Source: Acanthaster planci (lineage: Eukaryota). Taken from it: 64,000 nucleotides of DNA. Shown here one piece after another: positions 14,855-50,802 of this stretch. Both the position numbers and the translations under genes were made by a program. Numbering within the stretch: the first letter of the stretch is position 1; each line of letters starts with the position of its first letter. The stretch lies in contig NW_019091361.1 of the NCBI RefSeq assembly GCF_001949145.1, positions 2,238,919-2,302,918 on the forward strand, written 5' to 3'. The notes beneath the pieces were generated by a model that saw only the letters and a list, made by a program, of their open reading frames with translations, did no database searches and was not told the DNA's origin.

Positions 14855-16224
14855 CGTAGCAGGAGTTTGTGCACTAGTACGTGTACATGTATGTGCACAT
14901 GAACAGAATTCCTAATTTCTGTGACAAGAGTCTACAAACTGTAAGTAAGAATTTCTATGCACAAACTTGCCGATGAAAATTCAGAAAAAAAATGAAGAAC
15001 CAAACTCGACCTTGTACCGGTATGTACATGTCAGTTAATGTATGGCAGAGGAAACAAACTAATCTTATGTATTAACTTGGAAAGCACACAATTTACAATG
15101 TACATGTACAATGTAGCTCCACGCTTCCGGAAGACCGCTGAAGAGAGAGTTAAAGTAGCGGAGGCTGGGGTATAGCCCCCTCAAGAGTTTCAAGACAAAG
15201 ACACCTATCGTGGCTGGGGGCATTACAGATCCTGACATTTTGTGTAGTGATACAGCTCTGGGTCCGCACACTGGACACAGACATATTCAGCTCTCTGGCC
15301 ACACTCATGCTTTAGGGTCCCTGCCAATTTCCTAATTGGCCAGCCGCGTGGATTTTTTCTTTCCAAATGTAAAATGAGATGAAAAAGCAAAAACGTCCAC
15401 TAATGCATCAAAAAAATCAAATTACTGTATACGCATAAAGGTCTTCATGTACATGTACAATGTACATGTATGTACACGTACAGGTGCTGGAACTTGCAAG
15501 TCAAAACTTCCATCTTAGGCCAAAAAAATCTCCAGTTTCTGGTCAGGGGTTGGCTTCGAAAGTGGTGCAGCGACAAGGCTTTCTTTACCCTCACTTTTTT
15601 TTCCTAAAAATGACGTACAGTATATGTATGAGTAACATCATCACTACATGCGTATGTACTGGTATCGCCACTGCCAACAATGAAATACCTGTACTCGTAG
15701 ACAGGCCCCCTTGCTATTTACTGTTTACAAGCATTTTCAGCTTGTAGATGCACACAGGGCATAAGACCCCCTGGTTTGTCCGGTTCCATGATGCAATACA
15801 GAGATGAGGTCATCTGAAAAAAGTGCCCGACTAAATGTATGGGGCCTAGAGGGACTTCTTTACTGTACATGCATGTGCATGTACTATTCAACTCTTCCCC
15901 ATCTAAAACACGTTAAAATTACACAGTAGCTGAGTTCTAGTCGATCAAGCAAGTTTGGCAGCTTTTGGACTTATAAAATTACCAAATAAAATAATTTATT
16001 TTGCCAATGTGCAGGTCTACGGCGACGTGTTTGCTGACCGGAAACCGAAGACTTTTGGGGGGCCCTTAAGCTCTATGAGTCACTACATCTCCACTGTGTG
16101 ATCTCCCAAGATGCATTCATAAAGAAAAAGGCCATCTTGAAACAACATAATAAGCCCCATCACCTTTTTTGTCTCTAAACTCCCAAGTGCTAAACAATAT
16201 CTTCTTGGGCCCAACTGTGTGCCA

Positions 16225-16387
16225 AGTCTTGACTTTGTTAAGTGCTATCTTGACTCTTGTGTAAATTTAATGTTCTCCTCCTGAGTTGATTATCCTATGA
16301 ATGCATTTTATTCAAAGGCAAATCAACTCAGGATGGAAAACAATAAATTTGCACAAGTTTCAAGATTGCACTGAACAACTTCAAACT
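16225..16387. repeat. Long imperfect palindrome (foldback/MITE-like, ~70-bp arms)
   Basis: TTGTTAAGTGCTATCTTGA...TCCTGAGTTGATT pairs with AATCAACTCAGGA...TCAAGATTGCACTGAACAA. Confidence 0.85.
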
Positions 16388-19271
16388 CTAGTCTACAGCA
16401 GGTGCCAGTTCAATCTCAGCTCAGCTCATCAGGAGATGTACAATGTACATGTGTTATGCTAAATTTGACTTTTTACATCATGTCATTGCTTTCAGATAGC
16501 TAACAGGTAACTGTAGGGAAATATCAATGGAATCCAGGCCAATTCTTCCAAAATATCCTTGTCTGGAACTAAGCCTAGCACTGCCTAGTTCTGTTTATTT
16601 CATGATGGACTGAACATGACATCAAATGAACAAGGAAAGGGTGCATAGAGTGCATTTGTGCACATGTATCCACCAGAGACCAGTTTTTGAGGGAAGAAGA
16701 CTTTTCCTTTAATTTGAAAAACAAACTAGTGCAAGATATCAACTAATGTCCTAATCACTTTTCTTACGTTACATGCAATTTGAAAACAACGATCCAAACT
16801 GGAAGACCTTCACAGCTTTAGCCCGATGGAGTGATCTCCGATGCTTTAACGAACACACCTTCCGTCGCTGACTGTGACCTATTTTCGAGGGCTGTACAGC
16901 GGTAAAGTGTCAAAGTGAAGCCATGCATGAAATAAATGTTTGTTGAGGTGTAGCGCATCTTGTGCGACTTCATCTTATCCTTTATTGTCGGAAGCCGTAT
17001 TTTCCAAAATCAATCTCTTTTTTTTTACTTCACAAAATATTGAAATGATTGCAGGTGTTTCTTTGCTTTCAACTCTAACGTTTCCGTGTTTTATGTTTTT
17101 TCCCTCTGTCCTATGTTTATTTTTCATTAAACATGCAATTAATCAATTGGCGAATGTTAATAAATTGAATACACTTTTACTTATTTCTAAACCTGAAACA
17201 AACAACATACTCTAGTACTTACTGTGGAGATTATTTCAATGAACCATAATTTACTTCGCAAAATAATAAATGAGTTTGAACTGAAAAACATGGCTCATAT
17301 TTTTCCCAGGGTAATCTCCTGACAAAAGAAGGAAACTGCATTGAGAAAATTTACTCCTCTGTGGGTTGGAAGCATGGGAGACTGTGACTAGGTGTGACAA
17401 TAAAATATATCCCTTGCCAGGAGAGGACGACACTGCAGCAGTATTTGATGTGTGTCCAGTGCAAGCAGTTTTCGAACATTCACTGGCCCCATGATGTTAA
17501 ATAGATGGAGTTTGCAAGTTCAATGGGTGGAAATCAGAGGAAAACACAGCACTTGTCACTGTCATCAATCTCTGAGTCGCTGTCATCATCATCATCGGTG
17601 GTGGTGGTGGTAGCGCTCTGAAGCGATGTTGTGTTCTGGTGCAGGAGCATGACTTGGCTCAGGTTGCGGAGGAGAAATCACACAAGGCTTCTTTGGTTCA
17701 TTCACATCAACAACACACCAAAATGCTTTGGTAAGCACTGATGGTGACTACAACGTAGTTCCTGTAGACACTTGCCCCAAACTGCAGCACTAGGCTTGTA
17801 CAAATTCTGCAAGATGAGAAAGTAACACGTATTTTGCTGTTGGATGTCACATGTTGGTTGTATCTAGGGCCTAATGAACATTTATTATAATCTCTTTTTT
17901 GTCAAAATATCCATCCATTTTTTATTTTGGAGGCCTTAACTGTAACCCCCCCACAGTCACTTTACTTTAATATTTGTTGAGAGAATGAAATGAAAGAAAA
18001 AACCTACATTTCTGAGAATGTAAGTATTAATTTGGATGTTTCATATGTATGCAGGAATTGAAAAGTTTTGTACAAAAAATAAGCTTTGAAACATGTCAAC
18101 TCATCCCTCCAAATGTGAGGGCAAAACGATTTGCCAGGCAGTGAGAAAATGATATAAGGAACATGTCTTTTCCAAGCACCCGTTCCCTTCCCGGCATGCT
18201 CAGTTGTCAGTGGAGTCATGTGACTTCAGTCATACACGGACAGCAGCTTTGAAACACTGTAATCTGAAACTTTAAAAGAAACTGTAATGAATAGTAATTG
18301 CCCCTGCAACCTCCATGGTTTTTGTATCTTGTAAACTAGGCCTAAATACATAAACTCTAGATATTTACAAGTGCAACTTACCACTAAAGCCTTAACTTTC
18401 CACATTTTTCAGCCAGCGGGGAGAAGAGAAGATCTTTAGCAAGTCTGAAGGTATTTTACGTCACTAGAAGTTGTTTACATTGCGCAGCACAACGCAGAAG
18501 GTAGGGCATGTACATATACATGTAGTAAGGATGCAAAAATAGGGCCCCTCGAAATCTGGGGGATCATTACCATTAGCACCCTGTTCCTATAATAAGGAAA
18601 CAAAGTGAACTTTCTCAAACTAACATTTTGACCTTAAGGAACAATTACTCAATCCTAAAAGGCCTAGTTTAGGTAAATTTTTACAATATTTAAGCAAGAA
18701 AACTTCCTAACCCCAGTTTGGCAAAAGACAACAACTCAGTCGAATCACACCATTTTCTCTTCCGTCTGGTTACCCGACTCAGGCTTTTTGGATACATCGA
18801 AACAAATATCCATCCAGGTCAACGAACCAGACTACATTCGCTTATTTGTCGTTCACAGCTCTTCGCGGTACGCTGCAGTTTTACCTAAAACTTTCCCTCA
18901 AAAAACCAAAAGCCTTGTTCTGTTTTCTTTCTGATATGAAAGAGGACATCACCAACAACTTGTTTAGATAAGTCATTTCAAAAAGTAGAATTTGCTCCCT
19001 TATTTTTACAATACTTAACAGGAACAGGGTGCTAAAAGTAATGAACCCCGAAATCTGGACCTCCCACGATATATCCATGTCATTCATCATTCAGCAAAAT
19101 GCATTACACTCTCGGCAGCCAAGCCCTCAATAAGGCTGTACAGTCAGTACATGTAGCTCAACATGTCTGCTTGCCCTTACGACTTAAGCAACGATGCTAC
19201 AAAGCAAAGGGCTCCAACTTCCAGGGCTAGGCAGTGAAAAACAAAAAGCAGGTAGGCCCTAGGCCTGCCCC

Positions 19272-19337
19272 ACTAGTGTGGCACGGATCACTCCTGATTT
19301 ATCCTTGTAAATCAGGAATGACCCGTGCCACACTAGT
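19272..19337 (-). repeat. 30-bp stem / 6-nt loop hairpin
   Basis: ACTAGTGTGGCACGGATCACTCCTGATTTA-tccttg-TAAATCAGGAATGACCCGTGCCACACTAGT. Confidence 0.9.
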
Positions 19338-20256
19338 AGTGGGGCTAGCCCTAGACCTGATCCAGCCCTTATTGGCAATTTGCAAATGAGTGACTGTTGG
19401 AGTTAATAAAGGTAGGCCTGTATATGTATTTACACCCATGACAACATCAATAGAATAATGATATTCATAGGGGGTCTACTCACAATCAGTGACCACAACA
19501 CCGTTGTCAACAGTCAGTGGTATTCATGAGTTTCCATGTCTCATGAGCATGATGAACACGTGCGCACGTAAGCTTCACAAACACGACAAAATGTCATCGA
19601 TCATCAGCGCCACCTGGCCACTGTTTCGAGTCACTGATCACACTGCTCGAATTGAACACAAGGGCGATAATCTAACGGATAAACTCCTAAGGTACATAAA
19701 GGGGAAATATGGAAATAGCTCTACATACATGTATTTGCTCCCAGCACTCGCCGACTGTGCATGCAGAAAAGTTTTTAATACTAGTAAGATTAAGGTTTAT
19801 CCGACTGCTAGAGGGCGCTACTGTCCAGGTCTTGGAGACGTTATCCGCATTGTCTGTTTAATAACTGCGTGCAACACGAGTGGATTTGACATTTGTTACT
19901 TAAAATTAGTCAAAAGGGTTCATGGTTTAGCATGGCAGAAATTCACAGGTTTTATAATTTCCATCGTACACACGTGGGATTCGCACTGCAACAATGGGAG
20001 TAAGTGCAGAATACCCCGCCACTCGAAACAACGCCTGGAATGACGGGTTACGTGGGTACAAGGTGAAAATCCCTTGAGAAGAGTGTGACACTTCGACTTG
20101 TACCCGGCTATGAGGTTGAAGCAGGGTACCTGGTAGTGGGGTATTGTGCAGTTGAGTTCAATACTGGCCTATAATCACAAGATCTGCATGAGCACATATG
20201 CGCATAGAAACAAAAATCTCCAGCGGAACAAGTGACAATGCCACTTCCAACTAGTT

Positions 20257-20262
20257 TTTATT
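20257..20262 (-). terminator. Candidate ZFR polyadenylation signal AATAAA (3' UTR ~1.9 kb)
   Basis: First AATAAA I found on the minus strand after the stop codon, followed by GU/U-rich sequence. Confidence 0.45.
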
Positions 20263-22110
20263 AGCCAAGCTTTGATGCACTACAATTTTTACAAAAATGA
20301 AAGTAAAAACTTAGCATAATTGTTAACTGATTCATGGATGCTGACGGGGATATTGTAGAATTTAAAAATTTCAAAAGGATAAGCGAAGACAATCCAACTT
20401 GCCACTGTTAAAACAACTGTGTGCACTACAACAATCACAACTGCCTGGACTTCAAACAGCTGCATTAAAGCCTTAAAGATCACCTCTTAGGAAAATATGT
20501 TTTCTCTGATTTTATCTGTTCAAATAAATACGGAAGCATTCACAAGGGTTTATCCACTATGAACACAGGGCAAGGGTTCCCCCGTTTTCTCCAAATGACG
20601 CAATTTACATTCAAATTCACATCTTGACATGAACAGGAAAAAAAGCCCCTTTAAGCTTAGTATAGTTGAGTTCTGAAGACAAATGACACCGCGTTCGATT
20701 TGGATGCTTCCATATTGATTTGAACAGATGCAATCAGAGGAAACATGTTTTCCTAGGTGCTCTTGGACACTATATGTAGCTTCATGTGACTTTAGCTTCA
20801 TTTTTAAATGGGACTTTTAATTCTCCTGTAATCTTTGTATACATGGGATCAGCTGCAAGTATCTACATATTGTCCCTTTGAATTGCTATTCCATGAAATC
20901 ATGATTGGCTCCGATGAGGACACCAATTTAGACACCTCTGCATGTGCAGACCCGTTTTTTACGTTACAGAGTTTGAATGCAAGTCTTACTTAAGCCAAGG
21001 CATACAAGCACAAATCCATTGAACAATTTGAATTTCCTCTACTTTTAAACTAGTAAATACAAGTGCAGTAAACTTCTACAATCACTGGTTGGACTAAACC
21101 CCTAATAAACCTCGTATGCCTTGTATATTTATGACCCTACAAAAACAACCAATCAACAAATGTACACTTTGTATCTGCTGGCAATAATACAATGCAATAA
21201 CGCATAGAACACAGATCTTGAAATACTGGAGACAAGGTTAAACTATTCCACCACATGTGTAGTTCTGATGGTTTTGTGAGCAAGATTGCATTTTTGCAAA
21301 AGTAAAAAATCAGTTACATTGTGTTCTTTTTGGAGCACATCTTACAACAGTAATTTCAACAGGAAAATTAAGTGACAATACACCGTCCATTTAAATTCAG
21401 CGAACACTGTAACATCCAATACTATCACCGTGGAGAAAGCACCCCCCCCCATAAATACTTTTTCACACATCCACCAATCAGACTTTTTTCAAACTGAGAG
21501 AAAAGTTGCCAATTCAATAAAACCAAGTATGCAGGACTTTTTCCACCGAATGTGATGAACAGATTTGCGCACACCGTGCTCATTTTTTTCACCCCATATT
21601 GTTGGACTACATAACCTTAGTCATATTATTTCAACACGGCGGAAAGGCCGTGTTAACACATCAAGAATAGAAACCTTCTGAAGGAATGTCAGGCCAATGG
21701 TCAAGGTTTTCTGGGCAAACAGTTTCATGTACAACACTCTACAGCTTCGTGAGTTTTCTGTCACAACCCTGGGTTGGGGCAATATAAGAAATTTCCAGAT
21801 AAACATGGTATAGTAACAAATCCAATCTGGAGATTTCTAGCTGTTCAATTTCGAAGGCAAAAACGAACAAATCTATACACTGATTTCAGAATGCATGTAC
21901 TGCCAAAGTATGTGCACTGCATTTTGTTTCTAAGCATTTTTCCTTCAGTGCTCTACACTTGGGATAGTCCATACAATGTGGACATATTTTAAAAGGTATG
22001 TGACATGCGGAGGTTGGAGCACATGTGCTGAAAATATTAAATAAGATGAGACACTGCGACAGGTGTGCTCCTTAAACACAGGTTTATGCAATCAGCACCG
22101 ATACACTTGT

Positions 22111-44481
<22,371 letters not shown>

Positions 44482-44620
44482 GTTGAATTACACACTTGAC
44501 GCGAAAGAAAATGGCGACAGTACACGCGCACGCACGACGACCACGTGTCATTTGCATACGGAAATAGCCGAATGATTCCGGGAATGTGATTCCGATTCTG
44601 CGGACGACTCGACAAGGCAC
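44482..44620 (-). promoter_or_regulatory. Probable ZFR 5' UTR/core promoter region
   Basis: CpG-rich stretch just upstream of the ATG, with a YY1-like AAAATGGCG at ~44509-44517. Confidence 0.4.
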
Positions 44621-47600
44621 AACATTAAGTCCGTAAGTCACCATACTTCAAGTCGCACACTTAATACTTTGACCAGATTTGTTCTTAAATATACCAATTT
44701 TTTACAGATTTATTTTCATTAGATCAAAGTTTGACTAAAATCCTACAATGAATAATATAAAGAACAATACGTGTATTATAAAGATCATCGGATGTCACCG
44801 AAGCGACAGGACAAAGTGTCATCTGCAAACAGTGGGATCGGCTTCAGAAAACTACGTCACCATAATTCGCGAACGTACGTTGCAAACGTCATTTTATGGG
44901 GGGTATTGGTATAAAATAATGCCTTCTTCTGAAAAATCTGCCAGTTAACGTGTGTTGAATTTTGCATAAATTATTTTGGTTTAGTGATGCAGTTTGAAGG
45001 GGAAAAACACTTTTATTCGCAATAGCTTGACTTCCCATAACTTCCTCTTTTTCATTCTCCTAGATTTTTTTTCATTTTAATTTGAAGTTGAATTTGAATA
45101 AATTAAATTTTCATAATTAGCTTTAATATAAGTTCTTTGTCCGGACAAAACTTCTCTTTCTACGTGTATTTCTGAAACAAGTCACAAAATACAGTGCCAC
45201 CGAATCCGCGGCCATCGTCGCCAACGGGAACCTCAAAATAAGTTGAGCAGTACTTTTTCAGGATCCGTATTTTTATAACGACCTCAACATTTGGCGAGTG
45301 TTGATCGAAGTCGTCATTAATAGTGCCTGTATCGGATGTCCAGCATCGATCGTGAACGAACAGCGATCATTTAGCCATTTTCTAGACAATTTTTTGTATT
45401 TAGTCTGTAAAGTAAAGCTTTATGTTCTGTTGACATTTTCCCCAATTCTCCCAGGAAAAGCTTTTAATTCGCACTTAGCTGCAAAAAGAGAAACGTCGAA
45501 GTGACGATCAAACCGTCGACAGCAAATTAACGTCAGTGCATAATTTCGTTGAAGAATTCCACGACGAGAAAGATGGATGCGCGAAAATTGGTATGCACCA
45601 ATTTAGGGCACTCCACCATACATGTACAGGTAGGCCGCAAAGTGAAACATTTCGGTCCAGAGGTGGTGTAACTAAGGACAAGGTGTGTGAATAGTAGCAA
45701 TTTCAACGAGGTCCCGTAGGAAGATTTGTGTAATATTTGAATATTAATAATTTGAAAAATGGCTGTAATAGGCCTTACTAGCACTAGACTAGGGGCATCA
45801 TAGTACGCAAACATGAGGCGAACTCTAGTAGCTCCCCGAATAAGAAAAACGCAGAAACGTTAGATTTGCGTTTACTATCAAAAAAATCGGGATAGTCATA
45901 ATTTTATCTGATTCAGGCCCCTGATAGAGCTGGTCTTCAAGAAACTGAATATTACTGAATGAAAGCTTATTAGCCCGAGCCTGAAGCCCCGCGGCTGAGA
46001 CTCTACACCCCCGGCCCCGGGGCCCCCCGTCGATACACATAACCTCAGTGTCAGCGTTGATGTGCAGGTGGCGCCAAAAGTGGACATCACGTTTTCTTTC
46101 AGAATAACCAAAGGGCATATTAAACATTTTTACAGTTCCACTTTTCAATTTTTTCTTTTTGTTTAGTTCAGTTTCTTTTCATCAATAAGGAAAGCTGACT
46201 GGATGTATTAGCTTCTGCTTTTCCGCCTGAAATTTCACTGGACGGACGAAAAGTGGACATTAACTGCGCTTTTTTACCGAGAACTCATAAAAGCAGATCG
46301 AAGGTTTTCGAGTTTCTATTTCCAAGTTTCGGCAGAGATTCATTGCCCTCGGGAAGTTATGCTCTATTGATAGTCGAAAAGCTTGCATAACTTAAAAAGT
46401 TTCCTTAAAAAATAACGTTTCTTGTACCTTTCTGCTTCTCTGAAATGGGAAAACATCTAGATGACCACTTTTCGGTTGCCTGAGTATATAGTAATGATCG
46501 TTTTTTCAGTGAAAAGCAGAAGAGTATAATAAGCCTACACGTTTCATTTCTATCTGCCATTTCGGTGATAGAAAAACGTACACTGCAAATTCAGCTAAAA
46601 CGTCAGCCCGCTTTTCTTGCAAAGACAGAAAGAAGCTGACAAATGGAAGTTTCGGAATTTTTGTCAGACGGCTGCAGGATGTGCATACCCGTAAAAACCA
46701 CAGCGAGAGAGTGTGCTGAAACTCCAACAGATGCTCACAATGAAATCTAGGAAAAGAATTTACAATATATATATATATATATATACACATATAATCATCC
46801 TCCTACTTTTCAAGTCACTGGCGTTGTGTGCACCCGCAGCCACCCCTGAATGAAGTGGGACCTTGTACCCTGTGCCGTTTCACGCTCAGCATATGGATGA
46901 CTCTTCAAAAAATCCCCCCCCCCTCACATGTGATGGAAATCTCCGCCCGTAGTTGACACAGAAACAAGTTGATTCCATTCATTTGTGCCTGAGCAAAGTT
47001 GCAAATCATTTTTACAATGCAATGTAAGCATGGTCTAAAACCTTCTGAAAAAAAGTCAGATTTTTGTGTCATACAAAAAAATTTAATGTTCACAGTGTGG
47101 TACATGTACATGTATTTTCAAAATTTTATATCATTGTGTTAATTCAAGGTGTTTTCGCTGGTACTCTTCCTCTTGAAGGCTGCGTCCACTGTGGCTACGT
47201 CGCGTCCGAGGTAGGTACTAGGTGGGGATGGGAAATTCACATAATGAAGCAACGTGAGGAGAGAACAAGGGGGGGGGTATTAGATAACAATAGTCTAGAG
47301 TGTGTATAGCGATTGGACATGTTGGGGGTACCCCTCGGTCTCATTTCTTGCTGGATATAGAAATTCATGCTGACATAGACGTAGCCTTAGTTGTACATGT
47401 GTACACGGGAAAAACGAAACTGGCTGCGCCAGCAATAAATTACAGTGTTCGTAATCCGCCGCGGGTAAACGTACACGCATACGTATAAATGTACATTAAT
47501 AGGTCACGTCTATGGCGGAGTATATGTACATGTACGCAGGGCCCTGATTACGGGTCGTTGTAGGCCGTACTATTGGTAAGTCTTGGAAGCTAACCTCATC

Positions 47601-48011
47601 ACCCCGATACTTCACTTATATTACAATGTCTGAAATGTCTGAGAAAGGCTGAAAAGATGAAACACAAACAGATTTGAACAAAATTGTGGACTCATCGATA
47701 GCCCTATATCAAACCGGAAGTCTTGGACCGTGAGTGATCAGCTGAGCTGACATGGCTGATCACATGGATCAGGTGATTAGGTACTGATGATTGATCCACA
47801 GAGGTAGAAATTAAACAGGAAGCAGGGTCTTTGTTTTATGCCAACTTTTTGTCCACCGCTCCATCTTTGTCCAGTTCATTGCCAAAATTGGGCATAGGCC
47901 TATGCCCGATTCAGTTGGGAAAGAGTTCATGTACCGACGCCACTTCACACCCTGTACACAAATCCTGTGGGACAGGTGTTTTCTAAGTAGGCATAACGAC
48001 TTGGTTTTCGC

Positions 48012-48686
48012 GGGACATGTTTTGCTTTCCGACGTGACGGCTGATAATTATAAGTCACTGTCAGGAATAATTACTAGCATCCGTAGAACTCTTCCCTTGG
48101 CATGCTTGGGTTAAATCCAGGAGTGAAAAAGTTCCTGTTGTGCTTGCACAGATGCCACTTGACACCCTGTCCTGTCTGTGCACAAAGCAGGTAGTAGGCC
48201 TAGTAATAGTATGAGACCGGCCCAGGCGTAAGTAAACAACTTTTCCCTCCTACATTGAACTTTTCTCTACATATATTTGCTTTTTGATAGCTCATGGGGC
48301 ACAATGTAGAGAAAGTTTCTGGCGTCTGTATATGGAACTCTTCCCTCTAGGAGAATTGTTACCTGGTTTAAATGATTTTTACATCAAGAAATGTTAACAT
48401 GTTTTTGTTGTGGTTGTCATGCCATGGGGCTCCATGGTTAGGGCACGAAAGAATAATTTCACGGAAAGAGTTTATATGGTTGCCGCTTGATACTTTGTGT
48501 ACATGTATGCATAAACCCGATCATGCCAATGAGACTGGTCAGAAAATTTTAAGTGTTTTCTAAGTAACCACTTAGTTTTTTCCTTCCTAAATTGAACTTT
48601 TCTGGACATGTTTTGCTTTCTGACGGCTAGTAAGTTACTGCAGGGAATAATTACTGGCGTCCATATACTGTATGGAACTCTTCCCA
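48012..48686 (+). repeat. Degenerate local repeat (2-3 copies ending GAACTCTTCCC)
   Basis: GGACATGTTTTGCTTTC..GACGGCT..TAAGT.ACTG..GGAATAATTACT at ~48013 and ~48605; partial copy at ~48320-48346. Confidence 0.7.
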
Positions 48687-50802
48687 ATTTATCCATGGTT
48701 GGGGCATGTGTTGTTTATCCCATGGTTGGGATGACCATATTTTCCTTCTTCCATGGGGTGACTAACTTAAGTTCCTTAGACGTTGGGGTCGTGAGAAATG
48801 TTGGGATGTAACAATTAGCATCATCATGGTCATATCGCATAAATGAAATAATTAATGATATCTTAGAATTGTTTTTTTAATTAAAAATCTTTACCATGAG
48901 GCCTGAGGCTTGATTGGAAAATGTTACCAAAATGTGATCCATGTAGACAGGAGCAGAGTAAGCTGTAACAGCATGGAGACATTTGGTCATAAAGAGATCA
49001 TGTTCGTGCTGTGATGTGGATTGGTTGTGAAATGACTAAATTAACATATTGGGACTGAGTCATTCTTAGAATGCAATAAAGACCTGTCATATCACATGAT
49101 ATGTATAAGAACTGGGAAGCCAACCAGTCTGTTATTCAACTACAAAGGTTGGTCATATGTATGCTGTGATTCTCAAGTGTAACGAGGGCGGCTCCTGTTA
49201 CTCATCAATGACTCATATTCTGAGATACTGCCTTTTTGCTTGTTACATGTAGCTGTACATGTGAAGTACATGTATCCAACATAGGGCCTCATCATGGATG
49301 ATGACGATAAACTCATTGAACTGGATAAATACCGGGGAGCTCATGAAAACAGCACTGGTAAGAAGGTCAACCGATATAGTTTTAGTGTTACTGATGTGAC
49401 TGCTGCATGCTTTATTACCACCCTTTTCAACATCATCATCAATTTCAGTTCTGCCATTGCTTTCACCGTCATAGATCTGCACTGTCATCTCTGGAAATCC
49501 TAGAACCCGAGTCTGTGTGTCACAGTCTTTGTCATTGTAGCAGTGATTGCATTACACTCTCAGAAGTAACCCCCTCTGTTGTTTTACATTTCTCTTGCAT
49601 GTATTGTAGTCCCGATTGTGGCCTTTGTTTCTCCCTGTGTGCATTTAAGTACCCCATCACAAGCCAAGGAATGACGGGCTAATGGGGAAAATGTCAGATT
49701 GGTACACGGGGCACACGTGAAGACTACACTTCAGCAGTAATTGATTGTTACCCTACATGTGTACATGTTTTATGTACACTGTGCTTTACAACCGGAGGAA
49801 TGTTGTTCCTAAGTAAAACATATGCCATCTTGTTTCGTACCTGGAGTGGCTTCTACCAGCCCCGCTGCTGCTGATGCCCACTGCTGCCGCTGCAGCGATT
49901 GCTGTCCCAACTGATGCCACTACAGCATGTTGATTAATAGCACCCTTTGTTTGAAACTGTAGTGCATTCATGTTCTGTAGTGACATACGTTGCATGCTGT
50001 ATTTTCATTATACATGTACATGGTTCCATCGACAGATACCGGTATGTGCTTAAAAATTGAGGGTTGGTTAATTTTGGAGCAATGTTGAAAGCAAAAGCAA
50101 AGTGGTGGGGTAAATTGTTATGAAAATGATACTGGTACTGGAATTCATTACCAAGGCTTGTCATTACAGTGCTACTTAACTATTACACTTGCACAACTTG
50201 CACAGCTGCCAACCACTTACATACATGTACATGCAAGCTAAATACCTCCTTCACACCACAGAATTTGGGAAAAATGTGGACAAATTCCAGTTGATTGGCT
50301 CTTGTGGAAGTCTCTGGTGAGGCTCCACTGTGCAGCAGTCGCATTGTTTGCTATGCTTTAGCTCAGAGAGAAAATGCAAAGGAAGATGGCTAAATTTAGG
50401 AAAGTGGAATTGGACTACAAATACGGTACCACATGCCAGTTCTTTGGAGTTCAGTTTATACTTCTGATCTGATCAAAACTAGCACGTCTTCACCCAAATA
50501 CACCTTTGCTTTTGCACAATCATGATTCCCCCTTTCCTCTACATGTATACACTAACATGTCGTTCATTATCAGCCATTTTCACTCACAGTTGCTTCCTGA
50601 CTTCTTTATTTCTTGCAGATATCAATATATTTGGATGCAAAACACTTACCCATGCTTTCTGCGTCCCATGCCAACAAAGTAACTACATGTAGTAGCTGAC
50701 CACATTGCTAACAGTTAGTTTTTGCCGTGGATACTTGAAAACAGAGGTGTCAGCCTCAATTTAACTTTGCTTTAATGACACTCACCTCCACCATCCGCCA
50801 TT

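Noticed and set aside
19489..20043. 184-aa plus-strand ORF
   Set aside because: GTG start, no recognisable domain and no coding-like composition; likely chance in a eukaryotic intergenic region.
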